Of a DNA stretch of 53,048 nucleotides, positions 20,406 through 29,801 are shown one piece after another. The notes beneath the pieces were generated by a model. It was not told the origin of the DNA. It made no database searches and saw only the letters and a list, made by a program, of their open reading frames with translations. Position 1 is the first letter of the stretch. Every line of letters starts with the position of its first letter. Origin of the DNA: Rhizobium sp. Q54 (lineage in GTDB: Bacteria > Pseudomonadota > Alphaproteobacteria > UBA828); NCBI GenBank assembly GCA_945902735.1, contig CAMDNF010000004.1, positions 1 through 53,048 of the forward strand, given 5' to 3'. The position numbers were made by a program, and so were the translations under genes.

Positions 20406-22952
20406 TTAAGCGCGATAACGCTCGCCAAACGCCTTGCGCGCCGCATCGAACTGAGCGCGGAGCGGAATCATCAGATCGCGAACGGCCTCGATCGGCTCGG
20501 ATTTAGCCGCGGCCTGAATGGCGCGCGCTTGAGCCGCCAATTGACGCGCCCCCAGATTGCCGGAGGACGATTTCAGATCATGCACCTCGGCGCCCACTTT
20601 AACGATGTCGCCCGCGGCGATAGCGCGGTCAAGCGCATCGAGATGTTGCCCGGTCGTCTCCAAAAAGGCCTTAACGAGCTCGATGACGCCGGCCTTGCCG
20701 AGCCAGCGCTCAAGCGCATCGAGCACGGCCTGATCGAGCACTGGCAAGCCGTGAGCGGCACCAAGGCGAGCCGATCCCGCCCCAAGCCCCGGCTCGGTTG
20801 TCCGGCGAAGCCAATGCAGCATGGTGTTCTTCAGACGCTCGGGCTCGATCGGCTTCGGGACGAAATCATCCATGCCCGCGGCCTTGTATTTTTCCTCATC
20901 GCCCGCCATCGCATGAGCCGTCACAGCGATGATCGGCAGCCAGGCGGCGGCATCGCCGAGCTCCCGAATGGCGCGGGTGGCGCTGATGCCATCCATCACG
21001 GGCATCTGAACATCCATCAACACCATATCGATACCGCCCGCCTTGACCCGCTCAACCGCCTCCGCGCCGTCGTTGGCGACGACCGTCGAACAACCCAGCC
21101 GCTGCATGAGGGCGACGGCCAGTTTCTGATTGACCGGGTGGTCCTCGGCGATCAGCACGACCGGCACGCGGCCAATTGCCTCTTTGAGGCTATGAATGGT
21201 GATCAATTGGCCGGATTTCTTGCGGCCAATGTCCATCTTGTTCTCGAAATACCGCAGGCATCGCAGCATAATTTCGGCGTCGAGCGGCTCGCTCAAATAG
21301 GCCGAGAAGCCGAGAGACTTGCTGCGCGCGGCATCGCCGCGTAGCCCGCTACGGATCAACAGGATAAGGGGACAGTTCTCAAAAGCGCGATTCGCCTTTA
21401 CGCGTCGAGCGAATTCGGCCGCGTCGTCCGCCAGGGCCTCCGCCGCGTAGATCACCACCGGCCTGCGGCCACCTTCATCCACCATCGCTTGCAGTCGATC
21501 GAGCGCGTCACGGGTAGACGACACGATTTCCGCCTTTGCGCCGGCGTCCTGTAGCCCCTCGATCAGACTCTGGCGTTCGCTCAATGCCGTGCCGGTCATC
21601 ACGATGCGCGTGCGCGACAAATCGGCGACCAGCGCCGGGGCTTTGTCGGCTTGCGCGGGTTGACACGGAATCTCAAGACGAAAGACGCTGCCTTCGCCGA
21701 GCGTGATCTCAACACCGATCGTGCCACCCATCATGATGGCCAGGCGATGGCAAATCGAAAGGCCTAGACCTGTCCCGCCATAGACTCGGGTGTTCGAAGA
21801 ATCGAGTTGCGAAAATCCTTCGAAGATTTTGGCCCGATCCGCCTCGGCGATACCGATCCCGGTATCGCGGACCTCGAACCGAAGCATGGCGCCATTGGGT
21901 GCCCCGGCTTCGATCAACGAGACATGAAGCGATACCGAACCCTTTTTTGTGAATTTGATCGCGTTGCCGATCAGATTGCTCACGACTTGCCGGACTCTGG
22001 CCGGATCGCCCATCAAACGATCCGGTACATCGGGCGCGATCTCAGTGCGGAAGGTCAGTCCTTTTTCGCGCGCCTGGCCGTCGAAGCCCTGCGCGATACC
22101 GCCGACCAACACAGCCAGATCGTAAGCGATGCGTTCAAGTTCGAGCCGGCCGCCTTCCATCCTGGAGAAATCGAGCACGTCATTGATGACCGTGAGCAAC
22201 GCATTGGCAGACTCGACAGCAGTTTCCGCATAGTCGCGTTGATTGGCGTCGAGTTCGCCCGCGAGCAACAATTGCAGCATGCCGAGCACGCCATTCAAGG
22301 GCGTGCGCACTTCATGACTCATCGTGGCGAGGAAATTGGATTTGACCGCATTAGCCCGCTCGCTTTCATCGCGCGCGAAGGCCAAGGCATGGGTCAATGA
22401 ATTGAGGTCGGCCGATTGTAGCGCGGGTTGCGCGCCGGCGCCGCTGGGCGCTGCAGCACCCTGGGTCAAGTCGTCGCAAAGAACGAGAGCGCGCGGCCCG
22501 ACAATGTCCCCACCACTAACGCCGGGTTCGAGCGGCTCGACCTGGGCGCGTAATTTAACCGCCGCCTTGCTTGTGCTTTCGAGCACGACATCCGCGCTCA
22601 TCGCTTCGCCCCGCGCGATCGATGCGACCAACGCCTCGTCCTTGGCGCCAACACCAAAAACATGCGCCAGCGTGAGGGCTCGGCTGTCGGTAACATCAGG
22701 GCAGACTTGGGCGGCCAACCGAACGAAGGCTTGATTGGCATAGGCCAGCCGCCCGCTCGCATCGCTCAACGCCATAGGTTTTCGCACCATGTCGAACGCC
22801 TGCCACGCGCAAGGCTGCAGCCGCGCCGAGGCTGGACTGGCCGCTTGCGCCGCCATTCTTGGCGCCGAAGCGGGCTCTGGCCGGTCTATTTTAGCGGCCG
22901 GTATTTTGGCGGGTTCTTTCACGTAGGCGAGCCCATACCATTGGAATGGCAT
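20406..22952 (-). CDS. Soluble hybrid sensor histidine kinase (PAS-like, HisKA, HATPase, degenerate REC, REC, Hpt)
   Basis: H-box FLATMSHEVRTPLNG, NLIGNAIKFT, DTGIGI, GTGLGL, REC (IAEDHPVNQ, LMDVQMP, KP), Hpt VHDLKSSSGNLGA. No TM stretch seen; start uncertain. Confidence 0.9.
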   Translation of the reverse strand: MPFQWYGLAYVKEPAKIPAAKIDRPEPASAPRMAAQAASPASARLQPCAWQAFDMVRKPMALSDASGRLAYANQAFVRLAAQVCPDVTDSRALTLAHVFGVGAKDEALVASIARGEAMSADVVLESTSKAAVKLRAQVEPLEPGVSGGDIVGPRALVLCDDLTQGAAAPSGAGAQPALQSADLNSLTHALAFARDESERANAVKSNFLATMSHEVRTPLNGVLGMLQLLLAGELDANQRDYAETAVESANALLTVINDVLDFSRMEGGRLELERIAYDLAVLVGGIAQGFDGQAREKGLTFRTEIAPDVPDRLMGDPARVRQVVSNLIGNAIKFTKKGSVSLHVSLIEAGAPNGAMLRFEVRDTGIGIAEADRAKIFEGFSQLDSSNTRVYGGTGLGLSICHRLAIMMGGTIGVEITLGEGSVFRLEIPCQPAQADKAPALVADLSRTRIVMTGTALSERQSLIEGLQDAGAKAEIVSSTRDALDRLQAMVDEGGRRPVVIYAAEALADDAAEFARRVKANRAFENCPLILLIRSGLRGDAARSKSLGFSAYLSEPLDAEIMLRCLRYFENKMDIGRKKSGQLITIHSLKEAIGRVPVVLIAEDHPVNQKLAVALMQRLGCSTVVANDGAEAVERVKAGGIDMVLMDVQMPVMDGISATRAIRELGDAAAWLPIIAVTAHAMAGDEEKYKAAGMDDFVPKPIEPERLKNTMLHWLRRTTEPGLGAGSARLGAAHGLPVLDQAVLDALERWLGKAGVIELVKAFLETTGQHLDALDRAIAAGDIVKVGAEVHDLKSSSGNLGARQLAAQARAIQAAAKSEPIEAVRDLMIPLRAQFDAARKAFGERYRA

Positions 22953-22985
22953 TATTTCGCGGCCCTATAGAAATAGTCACTTATA

Positions 22986-23001
22986 GTTAATAAGACATGA
23001 A
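22986..23001 (-). promoter_or_regulatory. Candidate CtrA-type box upstream of the hybrid kinase
   Basis: Minus strand TTCA-tgtctta-TTAAC, one mismatch to TTAA-N7-TTAAC, inside an AT-rich divergent intergenic region. Confidence 0.45.
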
Positions 23002-23056
23002 GGTTGGGCCGGGTTTGCCGGTGGATGGCAAGAACCGATCGGCTCATAATGGGGCC

Positions 23057-23635
23057 ATGACACGCTATCCTGAGAGCGGCGGGCCGATCCGCCGGCATAT
23101 CCCAGAGGGCGACAACCTCCCGCGCCTGGTGTGCGATACCTGCGGTTTCATCCGCTATGACAATCCCAAGATCGTGGTCGGCTCGGTTGCCAGCCTGAAC
23201 GACGGACGAATTCTTTTGTGTCGGCGCGCGATCGAGCCGCAATCGGGCTTCTGGACCATCCCGGCCGGCTATATGGAGGAGAACGAGACCGCCGAGGCCG
23301 GCGCGCTGCGCGAGGCGCGCGAGGAAGCCGGCGCCGCGCTTGAAATCGAGGGCCTGCTCGCGGTGTACAACGTGCCGCGCATCAGCCAGGTGCAGCTGAT
23401 TTTCCGCGCCCGGATGGCCGACGAGCTTCTCGCCATCGGACCGGAAAGCCTGGAGGCCCGGTTTTTCACCTGGGATGAGATTCCGTGGGATGCCCTTGCC
23501 TTCCCCTCGGTGATTTGGGCGCTCAGCCATCACCGCGCCGCCCAGGGCCGGCCGCTCGGCGCGCCCTATGGCAATCCCACCGGCCAAACCAGCGACTTCG
23601 CGCGTGGCCACGCCGCGCCTAGGCCTGGCGACTAA
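23057..23635 (+). CDS. NUDIX hydrolase with N-terminal zinc-ribbon-like segment
   Basis: RLVCDTCGFIRYDNPKIVVG; Nudix box GYMEENETAEAGALREAREEAG; ATG 23057 preferred. Confidence 0.88.
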   Translation: MTRYPESGGPIRRHIPEGDNLPRLVCDTCGFIRYDNPKIVVGSVASLNDGRILLCRRAIEPQSGFWTIPAGYMEENETAEAGALREAREEAGAALEIEGLLAVYNVPRISQVQLIFRARMADELLAIGPESLEARFFTWDEIPWDALAFPSVIWALSHHRAAQGRPLGAPYGNPTGQTSDFARGHAAPRPGD

Positions 23636-24582
23636 TTCAGCCCTAAGAGCGCACGGGCGAAGCCCTCGGCCTCGAACGGCCTCAAATCGTCGATCCCCTC
23701 GCCAACGCCAATGGCGACAATCGGCAAGCCAAAGCGCTGGGCGAGTGCGACCACCACGCCGCCTTTGGCCGTGCCGTCGAGCTTGGTCATCACCAGGCCA
23801 TCGATCTTGACGGCCTCTTTGAACACCTCGACCTGGTTGTGCGCGTTCTGGCCCGTCGTCGCATCGAGCACCAGGAGCCGCGTGTGCGGCGCGCTCGGGT
23901 CCACCTTCTTCAACACGCGGTCGATCTTCTTCAACTCGTCCATCAAATGCGCCTTATTTTGCAAGCGCCCGGCGGTATCGATGATCATCACATCGGCGCC
24001 CTTTGCCTTCGCTTCCATATAGGCATCGAAGGCAAGACCGGCGGCATCCGCGCCGGCTTCGGCGCGCGCGATCACGGGGCAATTGGCGCGGTGCCCCCAA
24101 ATCTTCAATTGCTCAACCGCGGCGGCGCGGAACGTATCGCCCGCCACTAGAATCACCGAATGACCCTCGGCCTTGAGTTGATGCGCGAGCTTACCGATCG
24201 TCGTGGTCTTACCCGTGCCATTGACCCCGGCGACCAAAATCACATGAGGCTTGTGCGCCGGATCGATCGCCAGCGAGCGCGCAACCGGCTCCAAAATACG
24301 CGCGACCTCACCAGCCAGCGCCGTGCGCACGTCTTCATCGCTTACTTCACGACCGAGTTTTTGTTTGGCGAGCGCTTCGACCAATTCCTCGGCGGTCGCG
24401 ACGCCGAGATCAGCCGCGATCAACGCCTCTTCCAGCTGATCGAGCATCGCGCGGTCGAGCGTGCGCCCGGTGAAGATCGCGCCGATCGAGCCGGTCAGGC
24501 CTTGCGCGGTTTTGGCGAGGCCCGCCTTCAGACGCGCGAAGAAGCCGCCTCTGCGGCCAGCCTTCTCGGTCGCTTGGCTCAT
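23632..24582 (-). CDS. ftsY: Signal recognition particle receptor FtsY (short NG form)
   Basis: FFARLKAGLAKT, GVNGTGKTTT, DTFRAAA, DTAGR, DATTGQ, TKLDGTAKGG; the ORF-track extension to 24681 is a translated repeat. Confidence 0.96.
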   Translation of the reverse strand: MSQATEKAGRRGGFFARLKAGLAKTAQGLTGSIGAIFTGRTLDRAMLDQLEEALIAADLGVATAEELVEALAKQKLGREVSDEDVRTALAGEVARILEPVARSLAIDPAHKPHVILVAGVNGTGKTTTIGKLAHQLKAEGHSVILVAGDTFRAAAVEQLKIWGHRANCPVIARAEAGADAAGLAFDAYMEAKAKGADVMIIDTAGRLQNKAHLMDELKKIDRVLKKVDPSAPHTRLLVLDATTGQNAHNQVEVFKEAVKIDGLVMTKLDGTAKGGVVVALAQRFGLPIVAIGVGEGIDDLRPFEAEGFARALLGLN

Positions 24583-24607
24583 GCGATTACGGTCGATAAC
24601 GCGACCA

Positions 24608-24756
24608 ACCCCTCGCCCCTTGTGGGAGAGGGAGGGGCCCAGCGCGAAGCGCTGGGAGGGTGAGGGGATTGAGGCCGGCAAAGCAAATTAGCCGGCATGT
24701 CACGAGCCCCCCTCACCCGCCGCTGCGCGGCGACCTCTCCCACCAGGGGAGAGGTG
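24608..24756. repeat. REP-like family C inverted pair (CCCCTCACCC-hairpin-CTCTCCC...GGGAGAG)
   Basis: Arms at about 24608-24667 and 24707-24756 in opposite orientation; the second lies inside the 3' end of mtaB. Confidence 0.88.
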
Positions 24757-26013
24757 AATACTTTCTTCGCACATTTTGGCGACCAACCAACCGCCGTCAC
24801 GCGCGGTCGCGATGGCTGAGACAATCTCGCCCGACGCATAGTCACGTCCCTCGACGCGCACCGGCAAATAATGCTCGCTACGGCCCTCGCCATCGCGTTC
24901 GATCAGGACCGAAACGGTCTTTCCAATCATATCATCGAGCGCGTCGCGCAAACGTTCCTCGCCGCGCGCGCGCAATCGTGCCGCGCGCGCCTTGCGCAGC
25001 GCGACCGGCAATTGCGGCATGTGTGCCGCCGGCGTGCCCGGCCGCGACGAATAGGGGAAGACGTGCAAATAATCGAGCCGTGCTTCATCGACCAGGCGCA
25101 GCGTATTGTCGAACATGGCATCGGTCTCGGTCGGAAAGCCCGCGATCAGATCGGCGCCAAACTTCATCTCAGGGCGCCGCTCATGCAGCCGCTCAACCAG
25201 CGCGATCACATCGGCGCGATTATGGCGGCGCTTCATGCGCTTCAAGATCATGTCATCGCCGGCCTGCACGCTGAGATGCAAATGCGGCATCAGGCGCGGC
25301 TCGTTACACAACAGACTCTCGAGCTCATCATCGATCTCGACCGGATCGATCGATGAGAGACGAAGGCGCGGCAATTCAGGCACGGCCGCCAGCAAGCGAC
25401 GCACCATCTGGCCAAGCGGCGGTTTGCCCGGCAAATCCGCGCCATAGGCACCAAGATCGATGCCCGAGAGCACGACCTCAGGATGACCATGCTCGACCAG
25501 ATTTCGAATCTCGCGCGCGATTTCGCCGATCGGAACGCTGCGGCTCGGGCCCCGACCAAAAGGAATGATGCAAAAGGTGCAGCGATGATCGCAGCCGTTT
25601 TGCACTTGCACGAACGCCCGCGCGCGATTTTCGAAGCCCGCGATCAAATGCGAAGCCGTCTCGCGCGCCATCATCACGTCATTGACCACAACGCGTGTCG
25701 TCACGCTCGGCATGAAGCTCGCTGTGTCGAGCTTGTCGAGATTGCCGATCACCCGATCAACCTCGGGCATCGCGGCATAGCGCGTGGGATCGACTTGCAC
25801 GCCACAACCGGTAACGATGATGCGCGCGTCGGGCCGCTCGCGCCGCGCGCGACGGATCGCCTGGCGCGCCTGGCGCTCGGCCTCGGCGGTGACCGCACAG
25901 GTATTGACGATCACCGCGTCCTCAAGCCCCGCCTCGCCCGCTTTGGCGCGCATGACCTCGGCCTCATAGGCGTTCAGCCGGCAGCCGAAGCTAATAACGT
26001 CGAGCGCGCTCAT
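24700..26013 (-). CDS. mtaB: tRNA t6A37 methylthiotransferase MtaB
   Basis: [19 protein letters not shown], radical [48 protein letters not shown]. Confidence 0.93.
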   Translation of the reverse strand: MSALDVISFGCRLNAYEAEVMRAKAGEAGLEDAVIVNTCAVTAEAERQARQAIRRARRERPDARIIVTGCGVQVDPTRYAAMPEVDRVIGNLDKLDTASFMPSVTTRVVVNDVMMARETASHLIAGFENRARAFVQVQNGCDHRCTFCIIPFGRGPSRSVPIGEIAREIRNLVEHGHPEVVLSGIDLGAYGADLPGKPPLGQMVRRLLAAVPELPRLRLSSIDPVEIDDELESLLCNEPRLMPHLHLSVQAGDDMILKRMKRRHNRADVIALVERLHERRPEMKFGADLIAGFPTETDAMFDNTLRLVDEARLDYLHVFPYSSRPGTPAAHMPQLPVALRKARAARLRARGEERLRDALDDMIGKTVSVLIERDGEGRSEHYLPVRVEGRDYASGEIVSAIATARDGGWLVAKMCEESIHLSPGGRGRRAAAGEGGS

Positions 26014-26843
26014 GACGCCGCCCCATTCGGCAACACGCCGGTGAAACTGGTCGCGACCGGCCCCGCCATCATCACATGATCATCGGCGCGCCACTCGATC
26101 TCAAGCGGCCCGCCATCGAGGATCAGCGTCGCCTTGCGCTCGGCGAGGCCGCGTCGCACCGCCGCGACCAACGCCGCGCACGCACCCGTGCCGCACGCGA
26201 GCGTCAGCCCCGCGCCGCGCTCCCACACACGAAGCCGAATACGCGTGCGATCGAGCATTTGCGCGATGCCGATATTGGCACGCTCTGGGAACAGCGGATC
26301 ATGTTCAAGCGCAGGCCCCAGCGTCGCGATATCGATCGCCTCGACATCGCCAACAAAAAACACCGCATGCGGATTGCCCATGCTGACCCCGACCGGATCG
26401 CGCAATGGTCCCCGCGCGAGATCGAGGTGCAGCGTATCCATCGCGCGGGCGAGCGGAATTTGCTGCCATTCAAGGCGCGGCGCGCCCATATCGACAGCAA
26501 TGCGCCCCTGCCCGCGCGCCTCGGCCGCGAGCAAACCTGCCTTGGTCTCGATCATGACGGTGGCGCGCTTGGTCTCGCCCATTAGGAGCGACGCAACGCA
26601 ACGTGAGGCATTGCCGCACGCCGCAACCTCGCCGCCATCGGCGTTATAAATACGCATGAAGGCATCGGCGCCCTTGGCCTGCGGTGCCTCGATCTCGATC
26701 AATTGATCGCAGCCAATGCCGGTGCGCCGATTGGCGATCGCACGCACCTCATCGGCACTCAGGCGCAAGGCCTTGGCGCGGGCATCGATGACCACGAAAT
26801 CATTGCCGAGCCCGTGCATCTTTATAAATGGCGTGCCAGACAT
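26010..26843 (-). CDS. dapF: Diaminopimelate epimerase
   Basis: [52 protein letters not shown]; ATG 26843. Confidence 0.97.
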   Translation of the reverse strand: MSGTPFIKMHGLGNDFVVIDARAKALRLSADEVRAIANRRTGIGCDQLIEIEAPQAKGADAFMRIYNADGGEVAACGNASRCVASLLMGETKRATVMIETKAGLLAAEARGQGRIAVDMGAPRLEWQQIPLARAMDTLHLDLARGPLRDPVGVSMGNPHAVFFVGDVEAIDIATLGPALEHDPLFPERANIGIAQMLDRTRIRLRVWERGAGLTLACGTGACAALVAAVRRGLAERKATLILDGGPLEIEWRADDHVMMAGPVATSFTGVLPNGAAS

Positions 26844-26891
26844 GGTGGGGTTATAGGGCGCGGTCGGCGCGGCGTCCACCGTGGGCGAGTG

Positions 26892-27095
26892 CTAAGTGCC
26901 CCGCTCCTCCGGTCCGTCGCCACCTCGCTCGATATCGACCGGTTTGAGCACTGCGACAGGTTTGCCGCGTTTGGTGATGACGTATTTGACGCGCGTGGCC
27001 TGCACCTCGTTGAACAAACGGAGGCAATGCGTTCTAAAGTGCGCGGCCGTGATCGTGCGGACGAGAGGGCTCGCGTTCTCCATCGCCATAACCAT
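26892..27095 (-). CDS. Phd/YefM-family type II antitoxin (no adjacent toxin)
   Basis: ITAAHFRTHCLRLFNEV...VITKRGKPVAVLKPV matches the prevent-host-death pattern; three candidate ATGs (27095, 27089, 27083). Confidence 0.8.
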   Translation of the reverse strand: MVMAMENASPLVRTITAAHFRTHCLRLFNEVQATRVKYVITKRGKPVAVLKPVDIERGGDGPEERGT

Positions 27096-27154
27096 ACCGC
27101 GTTAATTGGTAGAAGCAGACTAATGAGTGGCCGGTAGTGCTTCAGCCTGACAGG

Positions 27155-27227
27155 CTCGTCCTTCGACAAGCTCAGGACGAGGCCCAATACAAAAACCCTC
27201 ATGCTGAGCCTGTCGAAGCATGAGGGT
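27155..27227. repeat. REP-like family B inverted doublet (11-nt conserved loop)
   Basis: ctcgtcct-TCGACAAGCTC-aggacgag (27155-27181) and accctcatgct-GAGCCTGTCGA-agcatgagggt (27195-27227). Confidence 0.88.
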
Positions 27228-27256
27228 AAACTGGCTCAATACCGCGCCACCATCAA

Positions 27257-27285
27257 TTGACTAAGTCCTTGTCCCCGCCTACATT
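27257..27285 (+). promoter_or_regulatory. Sigma70-type promoter of ffh
   Basis: TTGACT (27257-27262), 17 nt, TACATT (27280-27285). Confidence 0.7.
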
Positions 27286-27289
27286 CCGC

Positions 27290-27370
27290 CCTCTCTGAGC
27301 TTTGAGAGCGACCGCCTCCGAGGAGGCCCGTCAGCCCGCGAGATTCGCGCGCTGGCGCTTTTTTGTTTTG
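27290..27370 (+). ncRNA. Structured ffh 5' leader or small RNA with a terminator-like 3' end (candidate ffh motif)
   Basis: Hairpins gcctc-cgag-gaggc (27314-27327) and gtcagc.c.cgcga-gat-tcgcg.c.gctggc (27330-27356), then a T-run; located where the alphaproteobacterial ffh RNA motif is described. Family identity not verified. Confidence 0.5.
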
Positions 27371-27387
27371 GATCAACGGATTAGCCT

Positions 27388-28761
27388 GTGTTCGATAGCC
27401 TGACCACCAAGCTCAACGCCGCCTTCGAGCGGCTGACGCGGCGCGGCGCCCTCTCCGAGGCCGACGTGACCGAGGGCCTGCGCGAGGTGCGCGTGGCGCT
27501 CCTGGAGGCCGATGTCGCGCTTCCGGTGGTCAAGGATTTCGTCGCCCAGGTCAAGGAAAAGGCCATCGGGCAGGATGTTTTGCGTTCGGTCACGCCGGGC
27601 CAGCAAATCATCAAATTGGTCCACGACCATCTAATCGAGGTGCTGGGGGCGGATGAGTCCGAGCTCGCGCTCGCGGTTGAGCCGCCGGCGGTGATTTTGA
27701 TGGCGGGCCTGCAAGGCTCGGGCAAAACCACCACCAGCGCCAAGCTCGCGCTTCGCCTGCTGCGCCAAAGAAAGTCGCGCTGCCTGCTGGCCTCGCTCGA
27801 TACCAACCGCCCGGCCGCGATGGAGCAGCTTGCCGTGCTCGGCAAACAGGCCGGCATCGACGTGCTGCCGATCGTCGCCGGCCAAAATGCACTGACCATC
27901 GCGAAGCGCGCGCATGAAACCGCGCGGCTCGAAGGCTATGACGTCGTCATCCTCGATACCGCTGGGCGGCTTCACGTCGATGAGGATTTGATGACCGAGG
28001 TCGCCGCGGTCCACACCGCGATGCGGCCGATCGAGACCCTGCTCGTGGTCGACGCCTTGACCGGCCAGGATGCGGTCAATGTCGCGCGCCAATTCAAGGC
28101 GCGCCTGCCGATCACCGGCATCGTGTTGACCCGCGTCGATGGCGATGGAAGGGGCGGCGCCGCCCTTTCCATGCGCGCGGTCACCGGGTGCCCGATCAAG
28201 CTGATGGGTGTCGGCGAAAAATTGGACGCGCTCGAAGCGTTTCACCCCGCCGGCATCGCCTCGCGCATTCTCGGCATGGGCGATATCGTTTCGCTGGTCG
28301 AAAAGGCGCAAGCCACGATCGACCAGAAAGAAGCCGAGCGCTTCGCCGCCAAGGTGCAAAAGGGCGCGTTCGATCTCGACGATCTGGCCAAGCAGATTCA
28401 GCAGATGAAAAAAATGGGCGGCATGGATGGCCTGATGGGTCTCCTGCCCGGCGTCGGCAAGGTCAAGAAGCAACTCGCCGCGGCCAATGTCGATGATTCG
28501 ATGTTGGCCCGCCAACTCGCCATCATTCAGTCGATGACCAAGACCGAGCGACGCAACCCGAAGGTGCTGAACGGCTCGCGCCGGCGCCGCATCGCGAGCG
28601 GCTCGGGCACCACGATCCAAGAGGTCAATCGCCTCTTGAAGCAATTCCAGCAGATGAGCGACATGGTCAAGAAAGTCGGCAAAATGGGCATGAAGGGCAT
28701 GTTGCGCGGCCTGCCGGCGGGCTCGTTGCCGACCGGCTTTCCACGCGGCGGCCTGTCATGA
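27388..28761 (+). CDS. ffh: Signal recognition particle protein Ffh
   Basis: [49 protein letters not shown]. Confidence 0.98.
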   Translation: MFDSLTTKLNAAFERLTRRGALSEADVTEGLREVRVALLEADVALPVVKDFVAQVKEKAIGQDVLRSVTPGQQIIKLVHDHLIEVLGADESELALAVEPPAVILMAGLQGSGKTTTSAKLALRLLRQRKSRCLLASLDTNRPAAMEQLAVLGKQAGIDVLPIVAGQNALTIAKRAHETARLEGYDVVILDTAGRLHVDEDLMTEVAAVHTAMRPIETLLVVDALTGQDAVNVARQFKARLPITGIVLTRVDGDGRGGAALSMRAVTGCPIKLMGVGEKLDALEAFHPAGIASRILGMGDIVSLVEKAQATIDQKEAERFAAKVQKGAFDLDDLAKQIQQMKKMGGMDGLMGLLPGVGKVKKQLAAANVDDSMLARQLAIIQSMTKTERRNPKVLNGSRRRRIASGSGTTIQEVNRLLKQFQQMSDMVKKVGKMGMKGMLRGLPAGSLPTGFPRGGLS

Positions 28762-28838
28762 CTCGCCTCGAAATCACACGCACAACACACAACACAAGGA
28801 TGATCCCAATGAAGCTGAGAAGGAATTTGACCGCATGA
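28758..28838 (+). CDS. Candidate 26-aa bridging small ORF ([26 protein letters not shown])
   Basis: Its ATG overlaps the ffh stop (ATGA) and its TGA overlaps the rpsP ATG (ATGA), with no internal stop. No homology evidence. Confidence 0.3.
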   Translation: MTRLEITRTTHNTRMIPMKLRRNLTA

Positions 28839-29245
28839 GCCTCAAGATTCGCATGTCGCGCGCGGGCGCGAAGAAACGGCCGTTCTACCGCATCGTGGTG
28901 GCTGATTCGCGCATGGCGCGCGACAGCAAGTTCATCGAGCGGCTCGGCACCTATGACCCCATGTTGATGCGCGACAATCCAGATCGCGTGAAACTCAATG
29001 TCGAGCGCATCAAGCATTGGCTCGGCGTCGGCGCCAAGCCATCCGATCGCGTGGCGCGTTTTTTGGCCGAGGCGTCGCTCGCGCCGGCCCCGGCCCGTCA
29101 TGAATCGCCGCAGAAATCGAAACCCAAGGCGAAGGCGCAAGAACGCCTGAAGGCCGCGGCCGATAAGGCGACCGCCGCCGAAGCGGCTGCCGCTGCAGCC
29201 GCCGCCGCACCCGCCGAAGCAGCGCCGGCTGAAGGAGCCAGTTGA
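28835..29245 (+). CDS. rpsP: 30S ribosomal protein S16
   Basis: [23 protein letters not shown]...[10 protein letters not shown]; Ala-rich tail. Confidence 0.98.
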   Translation: MSLKIRMSRAGAKKRPFYRIVVADSRMARDSKFIERLGTYDPMLMRDNPDRVKLNVERIKHWLGVGAKPSDRVARFLAEASLAPAPARHESPQKSKPKAKAQERLKAAADKATAAEAAAAAAAAAPAEAAPAEGAS

Positions 29246-29261
29246 GTTGTTGGCCCAAGCC

Positions 29262-29801
29262 ATGACCGAACACGCGCGACCGACCCGCAAGCCTGCGGCC
29301 GGCCTCGTTTGCTTGGGCGAGGTGCTGGGCCCGCATGGCGTCAAGGGCGCGGTGCGCGTGAAGAGCTTCGCGGCGGCGCCGGCCGATCTCGTTGCCTATG
29401 GTGCGCTGGTCGATGCATCGGGCACGCGGCGCTTCGCGCTCACCTTGATTGGTGAGAGTCGCGGCGCGTTGATCGCGCGCTTCGAGGGTGTTGATGATCG
29501 CGATGGCGTGGAGGCCTTGCGCGGCCTCCGGCTTTACGTGCCAAGGCGGGCCATGCCCGCGCCTGAGCCCGAAAGCTATTATCAGACCGATCTGATCGGG
29601 CTTCGCGTGATCGACAAAGCGGGCCAAGCGATTGGCACGGTGCGCGCCGTGCTCGATCTGCCAGCCGGCGCGGTGATCGAAATCGCGCGCGCGGATGGCG
29701 GCGAACTTTTGCTCGCCTTCACGGACGCAACGGTACCCTCGATCGATCTTGAGGCCGGCCTGATGGTGGTCGATCCGCCCGAGGAGGTCGAAGCTCGATG
29801 A
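29262..29801 (+). CDS. rimM: Ribosome maturation factor RimM
   Basis: [27 protein letters not shown]-barrel-like C-terminus; start ATG 29262 or TTG 29247. Confidence 0.94.
   Translation: MTEHARPTRKPAAGLVCLGEVLGPHGVKGAVRVKSFAAAPADLVAYGALVDASGTRRFALTLIGESRGALIARFEGVDDRDGVEALRGLRLYVPRRAMPAPEPESYYQTDLIGLRVIDKAGQAIGTVRAVLDLPAGAVIEIARADGGELLLAFTDATVPSIDLEAGLMVVDPPEEVEAR

Noticed and set aside
24583-24681. 33-aa N-terminal extension of FtsY in the ORF track
   Set aside because: It is the translated family C repeat (PSPSQRFALGPSLSHKGRG); the conserved basic/FF start follows ATG 24582. Not excluded without proteomics.
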